Below, piece by piece: positions 42,490 to 52,864 of a stretch of 64,000 nucleotides of DNA. The number at the start of each line of letters is the position of its first letter. Position 1 is the first letter of the stretch. A model generated the notes under the pieces. The model saw only the letters and a program-made list of their open reading frames with translations, had not been told where the DNA came from and searched no databases. The DNA comes from an uncultured Phycisphaerales bacterium (GTDB lineage Bacteria; Planctomycetota; Phycisphaerae; Tepidisphaerales; Tepidisphaeraceae): positions 3,392,001-3,456,000 of the forward strand of contig CAVWVQ010000003.1 in the NCBI GenBank assembly GCA_963758525.1. Reading direction: 5' to 3'. A program made the translations under genes and the position numbers.

Positions 42490-42981
42490 TCATTTCGCTG
42501 CATCACTGTCGGACGGCATGAACTGGTCGTGCCCGTCTTCTTCCTGCTGCTTCAACTGCTTGTAAATCTCCTGCGCCTTGGCGTTGTCCCCGTCGAGAAC
42601 GGCGGTTTCCATGTTGCACATGCTGATCAGCAGGGCTGCCATCCGTTTGTGATAATCCGACACGAAAGCCGGCTGCTGGTCGGAAGGCATCGTGGTGGCG
42701 CGCGACGGGGTCATCGCTTTGGAGTCCAAAACCGCCTGCTCCACCTTCGCGATGGTTTCCAGAGATTGTGCGTTCGCCTCTTTGCTCCGCAAAGACCGGC
42801 GAAGCTTCTTCATCCCGTTGTCGATCTGCTCCATCGCCTTGCCAAGCGGTGTCTGCGGCTTCTTGTCCTCCGCGCTCGCCCGCCGCGATTCGCAGAACAG
42901 CACCCCCATCGCCAGCAAACCGACAACGCACACTCGTACCACGGGTTTCCAACCCGTGCCAACACCGCCGATGGTCAGCAT
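42490..42981 (-). CDS. Cytochrome b562-like periplasmic four-helix protein
   Basis: Signal peptide, N-terminal Met (LGKAMEQI) and C-terminal His (EEDGHDQF) at b562 ligand positions. Confidence 0.7.
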   Translation of the reverse strand: MLTIGGVGTGWKPVVRVCVVGLLAMGVLFCESRRASAEDKKPQTPLGKAMEQIDNGMKKLRRSLRSKEANAQSLETIAKVEQAVLDSKAMTPSRATTMPSDQQPAFVSDYHKRMAALLISMCNMETAVLDGDNAKAQEIYKQLKQQEEDGHDQFMPSDSDAAK

Positions 42982-43079
42982 CACTTTCTCCTTCACGGCA
43001 AACACACTCCACGAAAAGTTATTCGTCCTCGAGCACTAGTGATTCGTTCCAACAGAATGTACGGCTCGATCGATCCGTG

Positions 43080-43210
43080 GTAGGGCGGGATTCCTCCCGC
43101 CGCACTTGAGCGGCGGCGGGATGAATCCCGCCCTACACACTGTGGCACAGCCGTCCCGGCTGTGATTTCCAACCCGAGCCGAAACCACAGCCGACACGGC
43201 TGTGCTACAT
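43080..43210. repeat. Two REP-like inverted pairs (GTAG and GTGG types)
   Basis: gtagggcgggattcctcccgcc / ggcgggatgaatcccgccctac; gtggcacagccgtcccggctgtg / cacagccgacacggctgtgctac. Confidence 0.85.
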
Positions 43211-43262
43211 CATGCCTGATTGCATTGCTTCAAAACCGATAAGGTAATTCTTGCTCGAGTCT

Positions 43263-44575
43263 CTACACTTTGTCGTTAATCACCTTCGTCACCCCCGGCG
43301 TCGGAATCGGGTATTTCCCGTCCTTATCCGGCATCGTCGGAGGATCGGCGTGGAAGTCGAAGTTGGTCGGCATCACGCTAATCGTGCTGTTCAGCGCATC
43401 TTCCCACTTGATCTCGTGGCCCGAATACGTCGCCATCCGGCCCATCAGCGCGGTCATCGTGCTGTGAGCGCCGCGCTCGGCTTCGTTGTATTCCTTATTG
43501 TTGCGGATCGCGTCGAAGAGATCGTTGTGCTCCACCTGGTATGGGTCGATACGATCGCCCTTCCAGCGCCACTTCACTCCGTCGGTGCCGTCGATCTCCC
43601 CGCCGCCCACGTTGGCGTAAGTGCCGGGGCCGTGCGCGTGCTCTGATACATTGTTCCAGCAGTTTGGCATGTGCCGGCATTGGCTCAAACACGTCATGCC
43701 GTCGGGATAGGTGAATTCCACGAAGTGATGATCGTAGATTTCCCCGCTGTCCTTGCCGACATGCACCTGGCGTCCGCCCTGGCCCTGTGCCTTGGCGGGC
43801 GGACCGCCCTTGACCCAGTTGGCAACGTCGAGGTTGTGGATGTGCTGTTCGTTGATGTGATCCCCGCACAGCCAGAGGAAGTAGTACCAGTTGCGCATCT
43901 GGTACTCCATCTCGGTCTGATCGGGTTTGCGCGGCGCACCCACGGGCGGTCGCCATTCCAGTAGACGCGCATCAGCTCCAGCTTGCCCATCTGCCCGTCC
44001 TGAATGCGCTTGACAGTTTCGATGTACTTCGCGTCATGGTGCCGTTGCAGTCCGACGCCGACTTTCAGGTTCTTCTTCTTGGCTTCCTCCGCGGCGGCCA
44101 GCACCTTGCGGATGCCCGGCGCGTCGGTCGACACCGGCTTTTCCATGAAGATGTTCTTGCCGGCCGCGACCGCCGCCTCAAAATGGATCGGCCGAAAACC
44201 GGGCGGCGTCGCCAGGATCACCATGTCGGCTTCTGTTGCCAGCGCCTTTTGATACGCGTCGAACCCGGAGAAGATGTGATCGTCCTTCACGTCTACCAGC
44301 CCCGGATGAGCGTTCTTCAAATTTTCCAGGGACCGCTTGGCGTTGTCCTCAAACGCGTCGGCAACCGCGATCAGCTTAACGGGGCCGCTGGTGCTCAGCG
44401 CCTGCCCGGTGGCTCCGCTTCCGCGTCCGCCGCAGCCGATCAACGCGATCTTGACCGTATCATCCCCGGCGGCATAAACGGAACTGGAGAGCAAGCTTCC
44501 CGCGATCGTCGAGGCGGCCACGATTCCCGCGGAACTCTTGAGAAAATCACGTCGCGACTGATTCAACTGAGGCAT
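43263..44575 (-). CDS. Tat-exported Gfo/Idh/MocA oxidoreductase (frameshift near 43935)
   Basis: SRRDFLK, IGCGGRGSGA, ATPPGFRP, MEKP, EQHIHNLD. Confidence 0.93.
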
Positions 44576-44692
44576 GATACTCCTGGGGTTGGTGTTCCTA
44601 TGAGCTTGCTCGATGACTCGCTCGATTTCCGTCTACGTTTAGTTTAGCAGCCGCCCAGAGGGCGGCGCGTTCCCGCACTCGCGTGCGCAAAC

Positions 44693-45805
44693 TCATTTTC
44701 CCGGAACCAGCGCCGGCGGTTGCAGCAACTCGCGAATCTCGCGGTCGCGCTGAGTCGTCCGGATCGTCGTCTCGTCATCGGCATTCCAATATTTGTTCTT
44801 CTCGTCCTCCGAAGGCTCCTTGAGCGGAGCCACCACGCGAAATCCGATCCAGAAGCCGTCGCTGAGCCAGTGCGGACTCTGCGGCAACTGCGGGTCCTTC
44901 ACGTTCATCGACTTGTCGGAAACGATTCGCGCCGCCGACCGGCAGTCTGCCGCTTCCGAATTCCAGCTTCCGCCGCGGAGGATGCGTCCATACTGCTTGG
45001 TGGGCCAGTCGATCACGTCGTGCCAGGTCGGAGTCTTCCCGGCAAACTCCTGATAATGCGTCGCGGAATATCCGTCGATGCACCACTGCGCGACATTGCC
45101 GTGCATGTCGTACAGTCCCCACGGATTGGGCTTTTTCTGCCCGACCGGGTGATATCCACCATCGCCGTCGGCCAGCGCCGAGTTGTCAAAATACCAGCCG
45201 TAATCCTTGAGCTGCGCCGGATCGTCACCGAAGCTGTAGGCGGTGGTCGTGCCGGCCCGGCAGGCGTATTCCCACTCGGCCTCGGTCGGCAGCCGGTAGA
45301 AGCGCCCCGTTTTCTTGCTCAGCCATTTCGTGTATTGCCGCGCCGCAAACTGCGACATGATCACCGCCGGAAAGCTTCCGCCCCGTCCCATGCGGTCGAA
45401 GACCGGCCCGGCTTCCAGCTCGTACATCGGCGTCGGATACGTGACCGCGTCAGCCATCTTGTCGGCCGGAATCACCGGCGCGCCCGCCGCCGCCAGCCGC
45501 TGATAGTTCGACAGGAACAGGTTGTATTCCGACTGCGTGACCGTGTACTTCCCCATGTAAAAGGCATCCACCTGCACGGGGAACTGCGGGCCTTCGTCCT
45601 TCTTTCTTCCCTTCTCCGAATCGGGGCTCCCCATCGTGAACGTGCCAGCGGGAATCGGCACCACGTCGAACTTCACGTCCGAGCCGGGAATCGCTTCAGT
45701 GAAAGGTTTGGCATCCCCCGCGCCGCTTTCCGCAAAAGCGGGCGACCCCGCCAACATCAAAACGAGCAGACCACAAGCTACAATCAGCGAACTTAAAACC
45801 CTCAT
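44693..45805 (-). CDS. Secreted FGE-sulfatase (SUMF1/EgtB/PvdO) domain protein
   Basis: FTMGSP, YRLPTEAEWEYACRAG, PNPWGLYDMHGNV, RGGSW, GFRVV. Confidence 0.92.
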   Translation of the reverse strand: MRVLSSLIVACGLLVLMLAGSPAFAESGAGDAKPFTEAIPGSDVKFDVVPIPAGTFTMGSPDSEKGRKKDEGPQFPVQVDAFYMGKYTVTQSEYNLFLSNYQRLAAAGAPVIPADKMADAVTYPTPMYELEAGPVFDRMGRGGSFPAVIMSQFAARQYTKWLSKKTGRFYRLPTEAEWEYACRAGTTTAYSFGDDPAQLKDYGWYFDNSALADGDGGYHPVGQKKPNPWGLYDMHGNVAQWCIDGYSATHYQEFAGKTPTWHDVIDWPTKQYGRILRGGSWNSEAADCRSAARIVSDKSMNVKDPQLPQSPHWLSDGFWIGFRVVAPLKEPSEDEKNKYWNADDETTIRTTQRDREIRELLQPPALVPGK

Positions 45806-45874
45806 CGCGTCTGCTCCTCGTCCACGTGTCCCCTGTACGGCACCGTCGCCTTAGATATCCTAGCCGAACGCACA

Positions 45875-47251
45875 ATGTTGAAGCAAAGAAATGTATTGGC
45901 AAAGAGGCACGGAGGCACCGAGGCACCCGCCGCGGCGGGTAAACTGGGGCACGAAGGGGGAGAGCAGGGGGAGGCGAACCTGCGCACGCACACACCGCCC
46001 TGGTGCCCTCGCGGCGCTGCTCTGTTTTGCCAGAAACCTCGTTGCTGCGGTGTGCCTTTGACGGCTCCGCCAGGAGGCCTCCGTGAACTCTCCCCGTGGC
46101 ATGGGCGTCCCGCGCGTCCCGCCCGTGCGGACTGCGGAAGAGTTTCGGAAGACGTTGTCTGCAAATATCCACGCAATCAGCACGGGCGGGACGCCCATGC
46201 CACGGGGCCACGATTCGCAGCGGCGCGAATTGCGTGCATCCTGACCGGTGTGTTCGCACTGGGGTGTGCGGCGCACCTCCAAAAATTCGACTACGTTCGC
46301 CCGAAAATGGGCACCGGCTTCCACATGGAGCTTTATGCCCCCGATGCGCCCTCCGCCGAATCGGCCGCGGAGGCGGCATTCGCGCGGATCGATCGGCTCA
46401 ATGCGGAGTTCAGTGATTACGACGATCACAGCGAGCTGAGTCTCCTTTCGCAGAAGACCAACGACGGTCCCATGACCCAGCCGGTGAAAGTGAGCGACGA
46501 TCTTTGGCGCGTGCTGACGAAATCGAAAGAGATCTCCGAGCTCTCCGATGGCGCGTTTGATGTGACGGTCGGTCCCTTCGTCCGCCTCTGGCGAAGGTCG
46601 CGCGCCCTGCAACAACTTCCAACAACGCAGCGCCTTGCCGATGCTCGAGCATCGGTTGGCTACCGCCTCCTGCTGCTCTACCCCGCCACGCGATCGGTGC
46701 AGCTCATGGCAGCGCACATGCGCCTCGATCTTGGCGGCATCGCCAAAGGGTTCGCGGCCGAGGAAGCGCTGCACGTACTCGCGCAGCATGGCATCTCGCG
46801 CGCGCTTGTCGGCGCCGCCGGTGATATTGCTGTCGGCGATCCGCCTCCCGGCAAGCAAGGCTGGGTCATCGGGTTTGAAAACCCCGGCACCTCCAAAGGA
46901 ACCAACGGCATCTACGTCCAACTCCGCAATCTGCGTGTCTCCACTTCCGGCGACACCTATCGCTTCGTCGAAATCGAAGGCAAGCGGTACTCGCACATCA
47001 TCGATCCCACCACCGGCCTCGGGCAGACCCGCCGCATCGAAGCGTCGGTGATTTCCAGTGATGGGATGACCGCCGACACGCTGGCGCTGGTCGTTTGCGT
47101 CCTGGGGCCGCGGAAGGGGCTGGCGCTGATCGACCGTCTCCCCGGAACCGCCGCGATCGTGACAACGTATGATGCGGGAACGCCGACGGTGTATCGTTCC
47201 CGGCTGTTCTCGAAATACGAAGTGCTCAACACCGCGCCGGATGCGCAGTAA
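45875..47251 (+). CDS. apbE: FAD:protein FMN transferase (ApbE) lipoprotein; start uncertain
   Basis: FALG-C lipobox, KMGT, GAFDVTVGP, DLGGIAKGF, STSGD, YSHIIDP. Confidence 0.9.
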   Translation: MLKQRNVLAKRHGGTEAPAAAGKLGHEGGEQGEANLRTHTPPWCPRGAALFCQKPRCCGVPLTAPPGGLRELSPWHGRPARPARADCGRVSEDVVCKYPRNQHGRDAHATGPRFAAARIACILTGVFALGCAAHLQKFDYVRPKMGTGFHMELYAPDAPSAESAAEAAFARIDRLNAEFSDYDDHSELSLLSQKTNDGPMTQPVKVSDDLWRVLTKSKEISELSDGAFDVTVGPFVRLWRRSRALQQLPTTQRLADARASVGYRLLLLYPATRSVQLMAAHMRLDLGGIAKGFAAEEALHVLAQHGISRALVGAAGDIAVGDPPPGKQGWVIGFENPGTSKGTNGIYVQLRNLRVSTSGDTYRFVEIEGKRYSHIIDPTTGLGQTRRIEASVISSDGMTADTLALVVCVLGPRKGLALIDRLPGTAAIVTTYDAGTPTVYRSRLFSKYEVLNTAPDAQ

Positions 47252-47427
47252 TCAAATGGACGGGGTGAGGAGGCGGTTTCAAATTTCCAAACGAAACGCG
47301 AGCCCGCGCTCCGCTGCGCGTCGCGGCTAACCGTGGAAGGAAGTCGGAGCACGACGTATCCTTAGATGTCGTGGTATCTCCTTTAGAGTATTGAACGAAC
47401 CGCACAATCCAACAGGAAAAGTTTCCC

Positions 47428-48729
47428 ATGCCGCAATCCACGACCGACCGCGCGTCCATACCAACCCGCCGCCAATTCATCGCCAAATCCGGCGCCGCCG
47501 TCGCGGCGGCGGCCGTCGCCAGCTCGGCAATTCAATCCGCCGTCTATGCTGGCTCAACGGACACGATCAAGATCGGACTGGTCGGCTGCGGCGGGCGCGG
47601 AACCGGGGCCGCTGCCAACGCGCTGGGGGCCGATCCCAACATCAAGCTCGTGGCGCTGGGCGACATGTTCAAGGATCAGTTCGATATCGCGCTGGGAAGC
47701 CTGATGCAGACGCCCGTCGCGTCGCAGGTGGCGGTCACCGACGATCACAAGTACGTCGGCTGGGACGCGTACAAGGGCGTGATCGAAGCAAGCGACGTCA
47801 TCCTGCTCGCCACGCCGCCCCATTTCCGTCCGGTGCATGTCAACGCCGTCATCGCGGCCGGCAAGCATTGCTTCTGCGAAAAGCCTGTCGGCGTCGACGC
47901 GCTGAGCGTGCAATCGGTCATGGAGGCCGTGAAGGTCGCGAAGGACAAAAATCTCAATCTCGTCTCCGGGCTCTGCTACCGCTACGACGCGGCTAAGCAG
48001 GAATGCATCAAGCGCATTCACGACGGCGCGGTCGGGCAGATCAGAACGCTGCAAGCCAACTATCTGACGACCGGCTTGTGGTACAAGCCGCGCAAGCCGG
48101 AGTGGACCGACTTCGAATGGCAACTGCGCGACTGGCTCTACTTCTACTGGCTCAGCGGCGACCAGGTCGTCGAACAGCACATTCACAGCCTCGATAAGGC
48201 GCTGTGGATCATGCAGGACGTGCCGCCCAAGAAAGTCATCGCCAGCGGCGGTCGCGCCTGCCGGACGCAGCCGCAATACGGGAACGTCTACGATCACTTC
48301 AACTCCATTTTCGAATGGGAAAATGGCGTGAAGTGCTATTCCGGCTGCCGCCAGTGGTCGGGACCGGAGCAGATTGCCCTGGAAGTCAGCGACTGGGTCT
48401 ATGGCACCGACGGCATCGCCAACGTTCAGCAGCAGCGCATCACCGGCAAGAATCCCTTCCGCAAGCCCGACTCACACATCAACATGTATGACGCCGAGCA
48501 CCAGGCGCTCTTCTCTGCCATCCGATCCGGCAACACGATCAACAACGGCGACTACATGTGCAAATCCACCCTCATGGGAATCATGGCCCGCCAAAGCGCC
48601 TACACCGGGAAGATGGTGACTTGGGACCAGGTGATGAGTTCCAAAGAAGATTTGCGTCCCGCCAAGTACGAGTTCGGCCCATTTGAAGTCCCGCCGATCG
48701 CGGTGCCGGGCATCACGAAGTGGGTGTGA
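47428..48729 (+). CDS. Tat-exported Gfo/Idh/MocA oxidoreductase
   Basis: TRRQFI, VGCGGRGTGA, ATPPHFRP, CEKP, EQHIHSLD. Confidence 0.94.
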   Translation: MPQSTTDRASIPTRRQFIAKSGAAVAAAAVASSAIQSAVYAGSTDTIKIGLVGCGGRGTGAAANALGADPNIKLVALGDMFKDQFDIALGSLMQTPVASQVAVTDDHKYVGWDAYKGVIEASDVILLATPPHFRPVHVNAVIAAGKHCFCEKPVGVDALSVQSVMEAVKVAKDKNLNLVSGLCYRYDAAKQECIKRIHDGAVGQIRTLQANYLTTGLWYKPRKPEWTDFEWQLRDWLYFYWLSGDQVVEQHIHSLDKALWIMQDVPPKKVIASGGRACRTQPQYGNVYDHFNSIFEWENGVKCYSGCRQWSGPEQIALEVSDWVYGTDGIANVQQQRITGKNPFRKPDSHINMYDAEHQALFSAIRSGNTINNGDYMCKSTLMGIMARQSAYTGKMVTWDQVMSSKEDLRPAKYEFGPFEVPPIAVPGITKWV

Positions 48730-48833
48730 ATTGCCGCCGGGGCGGCAATGAAGCGGAGAGGGTAGAAAGTCGAAAGTAGAGCAAGCAATCCGCCCGCAGC
48801 CACTCATTCCGGGCTGGCCCGGGCGTCCGCCCC

Positions 48834-48912
48834 GACTACGTCAGCAGCACCTCGAACATCATCAATCAGACGGTCACGCCCTGACGAAGGGGTCGACACC
48901 TGCACATCATCT
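48834..48912 (+). pseudogene. 3'-terminal remnant of a paralogous Ig-tail gene; direct repeat of 52754-52830
   Basis: Encodes DYVSSTSNIINQTVTP* versus DYASSVSNIVRQTVTP* at the end of the lyase; shares tcagacggtcacgccctgacgaaggggt and the downstream acacc.gcacatcatc. Confidence 0.8.
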
Positions 48913-49038
48913 CCTCGCGCGGCCGGCGCTCCCGAATCGGGCACACCCCGCAGGTATCGCTCTTTAAATGAGGCGAAAGGGCGGACAAATGTCGAAAAAT
49001 CACTCCCTTGGGCAATTTGCATCGGCGGATGCTGAGAT

Positions 49039-52000
49039 TTGATCGGAACTGTCGGTCTGCGCCCGTGGACGGACCTCGCGACGGTTTCAAAGCAGCAACG
49101 AAGGAGCACTCCTCTGACGCAAACCCTTCGACATCGAAAACGCCCGCGAACGGGGCGCGTTCACCTGATGGAAGCGCTGGAAAGCCGAACGCTGTTCGCC
49201 TTCGGCCTGACGACCACCAGCTCGAGCTACACCGTCGACACGGGCGCGGGACTTGTCTTCAGCGTCCTGCGCGGCGGATCCACCAGCAGCACCGTTCACC
49301 TCGGCGATCTGACCAGCGCCGTCTATAACGGCACCCAAACCCTCGCGTCCTACTCCCAGTCGAGCCGGTATTCGCATTACGAGGAAGGGCTCAGCTCCGC
49401 CACCGTCATCACCGCGACCGTCGATCCGAATAATCAATGGATTCTCATCTCCTGCGACGACACCGCCGGCAGCGGCGCCGGTGTCATCCAGTATTACCTC
49501 GCGCGCAACGGCTACAACAACATTTACATGGCGACGTATTCGCCGGGACCGAGCGCCTCCTTCGCCGGGGGAAATGCGGTTCATCACCTACACCAACCCC
49601 TCCGTCCTTACCGATATCCCCGCTTCCTCAAATAACAACGGCTCGACCGGCGCCATCGAAAGCCAGGACGTCTTTGGCCACCCCGATGGCACCACCACCT
49701 CCAAATATTACGGCGAATATCGCGCCATCGACACCCAAACCTACGGTGACACCGGCAGCGGGCCTGGCGTGTTCATGAACATCGGCAACCGCGAAACCAG
49801 CAGCGGCGGGCCCTTCTTCAAGGACATCGATTTCCAGAATAATGAGCTATACAACTACACCTTCTCGGGCCACTCGCAGACGGAGAATTTCCGACCGGGT
49901 CTCAAAGGTTTCTATGCGTTGGAATTCACCACCGGCGCCACGCCGGCAGCACCCGATTACAGCTTCATCGACACCCTCGGCATCGGCAGCGACATCGCCG
50001 GCTACGTCGGCAGTTCCGGGCGCGGCACGCTCGCCGGCATCGCAAGCGGAGTGCCCGCCACACTCCAGGAGACCGTCGGCCTGAGCAACGCGGCCGACCA
50101 ATATTGGGCAACCCCCAGCGCCAATACCGGCGCGTACGTCATCGCCGGCATCCTTCCCGGCACGTACACCGAGACAGTCTACCAGGGCGAACTGGCCGTT
50201 GGCACGCGGATGGTCACGATCACCGCCGGGCAAACCACCGCCGCCAACATCACCGACACGCTGTACGCGCCCAGCGCCGCCAGCACGATCTTCCGCATCG
50301 GCACGTCGGACGGCACGCCGCTGGGCTTCCTCAACGCCGACAAGATCACAAACATGCATCCCACCGACGTTCGCATGTCCCCATGGGCGGATTCGACGGG
50401 CATGACCAACTTCACCGTCGGCGCCGATTCCGACAGCAGTTGGCCCATGGCGGAATGGCACGCGGGGGCTTCCGCCGCGCCGTATGTCGATACCGCGAAC
50501 CAAATCACGTTCTCCTTGACGGCCGCGCAGGCGGCGACCGCGCAGACGCTGCAGATCGGTCTCACACGCCTCAGTAGCGGCAGGCCCACCATCGACGTCA
50601 ACAGCGGCGCCTGGAATTCGCCGGTTCCCGCGCTAACCACACAGCCCAGCTCCCGGGGTCTGACCACCGGCAACTGGCGCGGCAACAACTGCGTCTACAC
50701 GTTCAACATTCCGACCAATGCATTGAAAGCCGGAACCAACACGATCGACATCTACTGCACCAGCGGATCCACCGGCACCCTCTATTCGGGATACCAGATC
50801 TACGATGCCGTCGATCTGGTCAATACCAGCAGCATCGCGAATGCGCCCGTCCTCAGCCGCATCGCCGTGAGCCCGGCGAGCCCGAGCGTGCCGCTGAATG
50901 GCACGCAGGCTTTCGCCGCCGCCGCGTTCGATCAGTTCAACAATCCGATGCCCGCCAACGTCACCTGGTCGGCGAGCAGCGGCACCATCGATGGAACCGG
51001 TCTGTACGCCGCCGGCGGAACCGCGGGCACGGCGACAATCGCCGCCGCCAGCGGCAGCGTCAGCGGTGACGCGACCTTGACCATCGTGAACACCGCTCCC
51101 ACGATAGCGACCGCCGCCACCGCCTCACCCAACTATGGCAGCGGCGCCACCGCGAACCTGTCCGTCCTGGGCGCCGACGATGGCGGCGAAGCCAACCTCA
51201 CTTACACGTGGACCGCCGATCCCTCCAACCCGGCGCCATCGTCGATCTCCTTTGCTTCCGGTGTGAGCAATGGCGCCAATGCCGCTAAGAACGCCGCCGC
51301 CACGTTTGACGCGGTCGGAACGTACGGGTTTCAGGTGACGATCGCCGACGGCTCGGGCCTGAGCGTCACCAGCACCGTTTCAGTCACGGTGATGCCGACG
51401 CTCATCTCACTGCACGTCGCTCCATCCAGCCCCACGGTTGGTCCCCACGGCACCGATCAATTCACCGCCGACGGCGTCGATCAATTTGGCAATCCGCTGG
51501 CGATTTCCGGCGCTGTCTGGAGTCTGATCGGTCAACCGAGCGGCGCATCCGCCGGCGTTGACAGCAACGGCGTTCTCTCGATCGGAACCGTCGAGGGAAA
51601 TTACACGGTTCAAGCATCGCTCAATGGCTTGGTCAACTTCGCAACCGTCAACACCACCCCGGCGGTGAATGCCTCCATCACGCTCTCTCCCGGGAGCGTC
51701 ACGCTCAACGCCGGCGCCATGCAGCAGTTTTCCACAACGGTCTACGATCAGTTTGGCAGCACCGTCGCATCGCCGACGATAACTTGGAGCGTAACTGGAG
51801 CCGGGAACGTGATCGGTGCAACCGGCCTGCTCACCGCCGGCGCGACGGCCGGAACGTTCGTCGTCACCGCCGCCGCGGGAAGCGTCGCGACGACCGCGAG
51901 TCTCATCGTCAACAAAACCATCCCTTCGTTGACGCTCACCAAGAACACAACCGCTCCCATCAAGTTCGGGCAGAGCGTCACGCTCACCGCGACCATGGCG

Positions 52001-52804
52001 GCCGTGAGTCCCGGCCCCGGCGTTCCGACCGGCACGATCACATTCAAGGACGGATCGATCACACTCGGAGCGGCCACGCTCAGGGGTGGAATCGCGACCT
52101 TGACAACCACCACAATCCCCGCGGGAATCAACTCGATCACCGCCGTCTACGGCGGAGACGCAAACTTCTCCGCCATCACCTCCGCCGCGCTCATTCAGAC
52201 GGTCAACCCGTCGGCGACCACCACAAAGCTCACCAAGAACACCACCACCGCCATCAAGTTCGGGCAGAGCGTTACATTCACCGCCACCATGGCCGCCGTG
52301 AGTCCCGGCGGAGGCGTCCCCACCGGCGTCGTCGCGTTCAAGGACGGCTCAACCGTACTGGGAACCGCAACTATCAGCGGCGGCGTCGCCACCTTCACCT
52401 CATCTGCTCTTCCCGTCGGCAGTAACTCGATTACCGCCGTCTGCAGCGGCGACGGCAACTTCACCGCCAGCACTTCCGCCGCGCTCGCTCAGACGGTCAA
52501 CCCGGCGGCGACCACGACGAAGCTGGCCAAGAGCACCACCACCGCCATCAAGTTCGGCAAGAGCGTTACATTCACCGCCACCCTGGCCGTGATAAGCCCC
52601 GGCGGCGGCATCCCGATCGGCGCAGTGATCTTCATGGACAACGGCACTCAGATCGGCACCGGCACGCTCAACGCCGCCGGCGTTGCGACGTTCACAATCA
52701 CAATGCTTCCCATCGGCAGCGAATCGATCACCGCCGTCTGGAGCGGCAACCTGGATTACGCGAGCAGTGTCTCCAACATTGTCCGTCAGACGGTCACGCC
52801 CTGA
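49039..52804 (+). CDS. Rhamnogalacturonan lyase (PL4, RhgB-like) with Ig-like (Big_2/Big_3) repeats; start uncertain; frameshift near 49560
   Basis: EALESRTLF export motif, AFGLT..YTVDTG, GEMRFI, SKYY (Lys), SSGGPFF, SGHSQTE (His), three C-terminal Big_3 repeats. Confidence 0.88.
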
Positions 52805-52864
52805 CGAAGGGGTAACACCCGCACATCATCCTCGAAGCGCTTCCCGCATCACGCTGTGCCCCGC

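Noticed and set aside
44400..44430. SGAT in the Gfo/Idh/MocA protein as an ApbE flavinylation motif
   Set aside because: It falls within the Rossmann GCGGRGSGA nucleotide-binding loop, so it is likely coincidental
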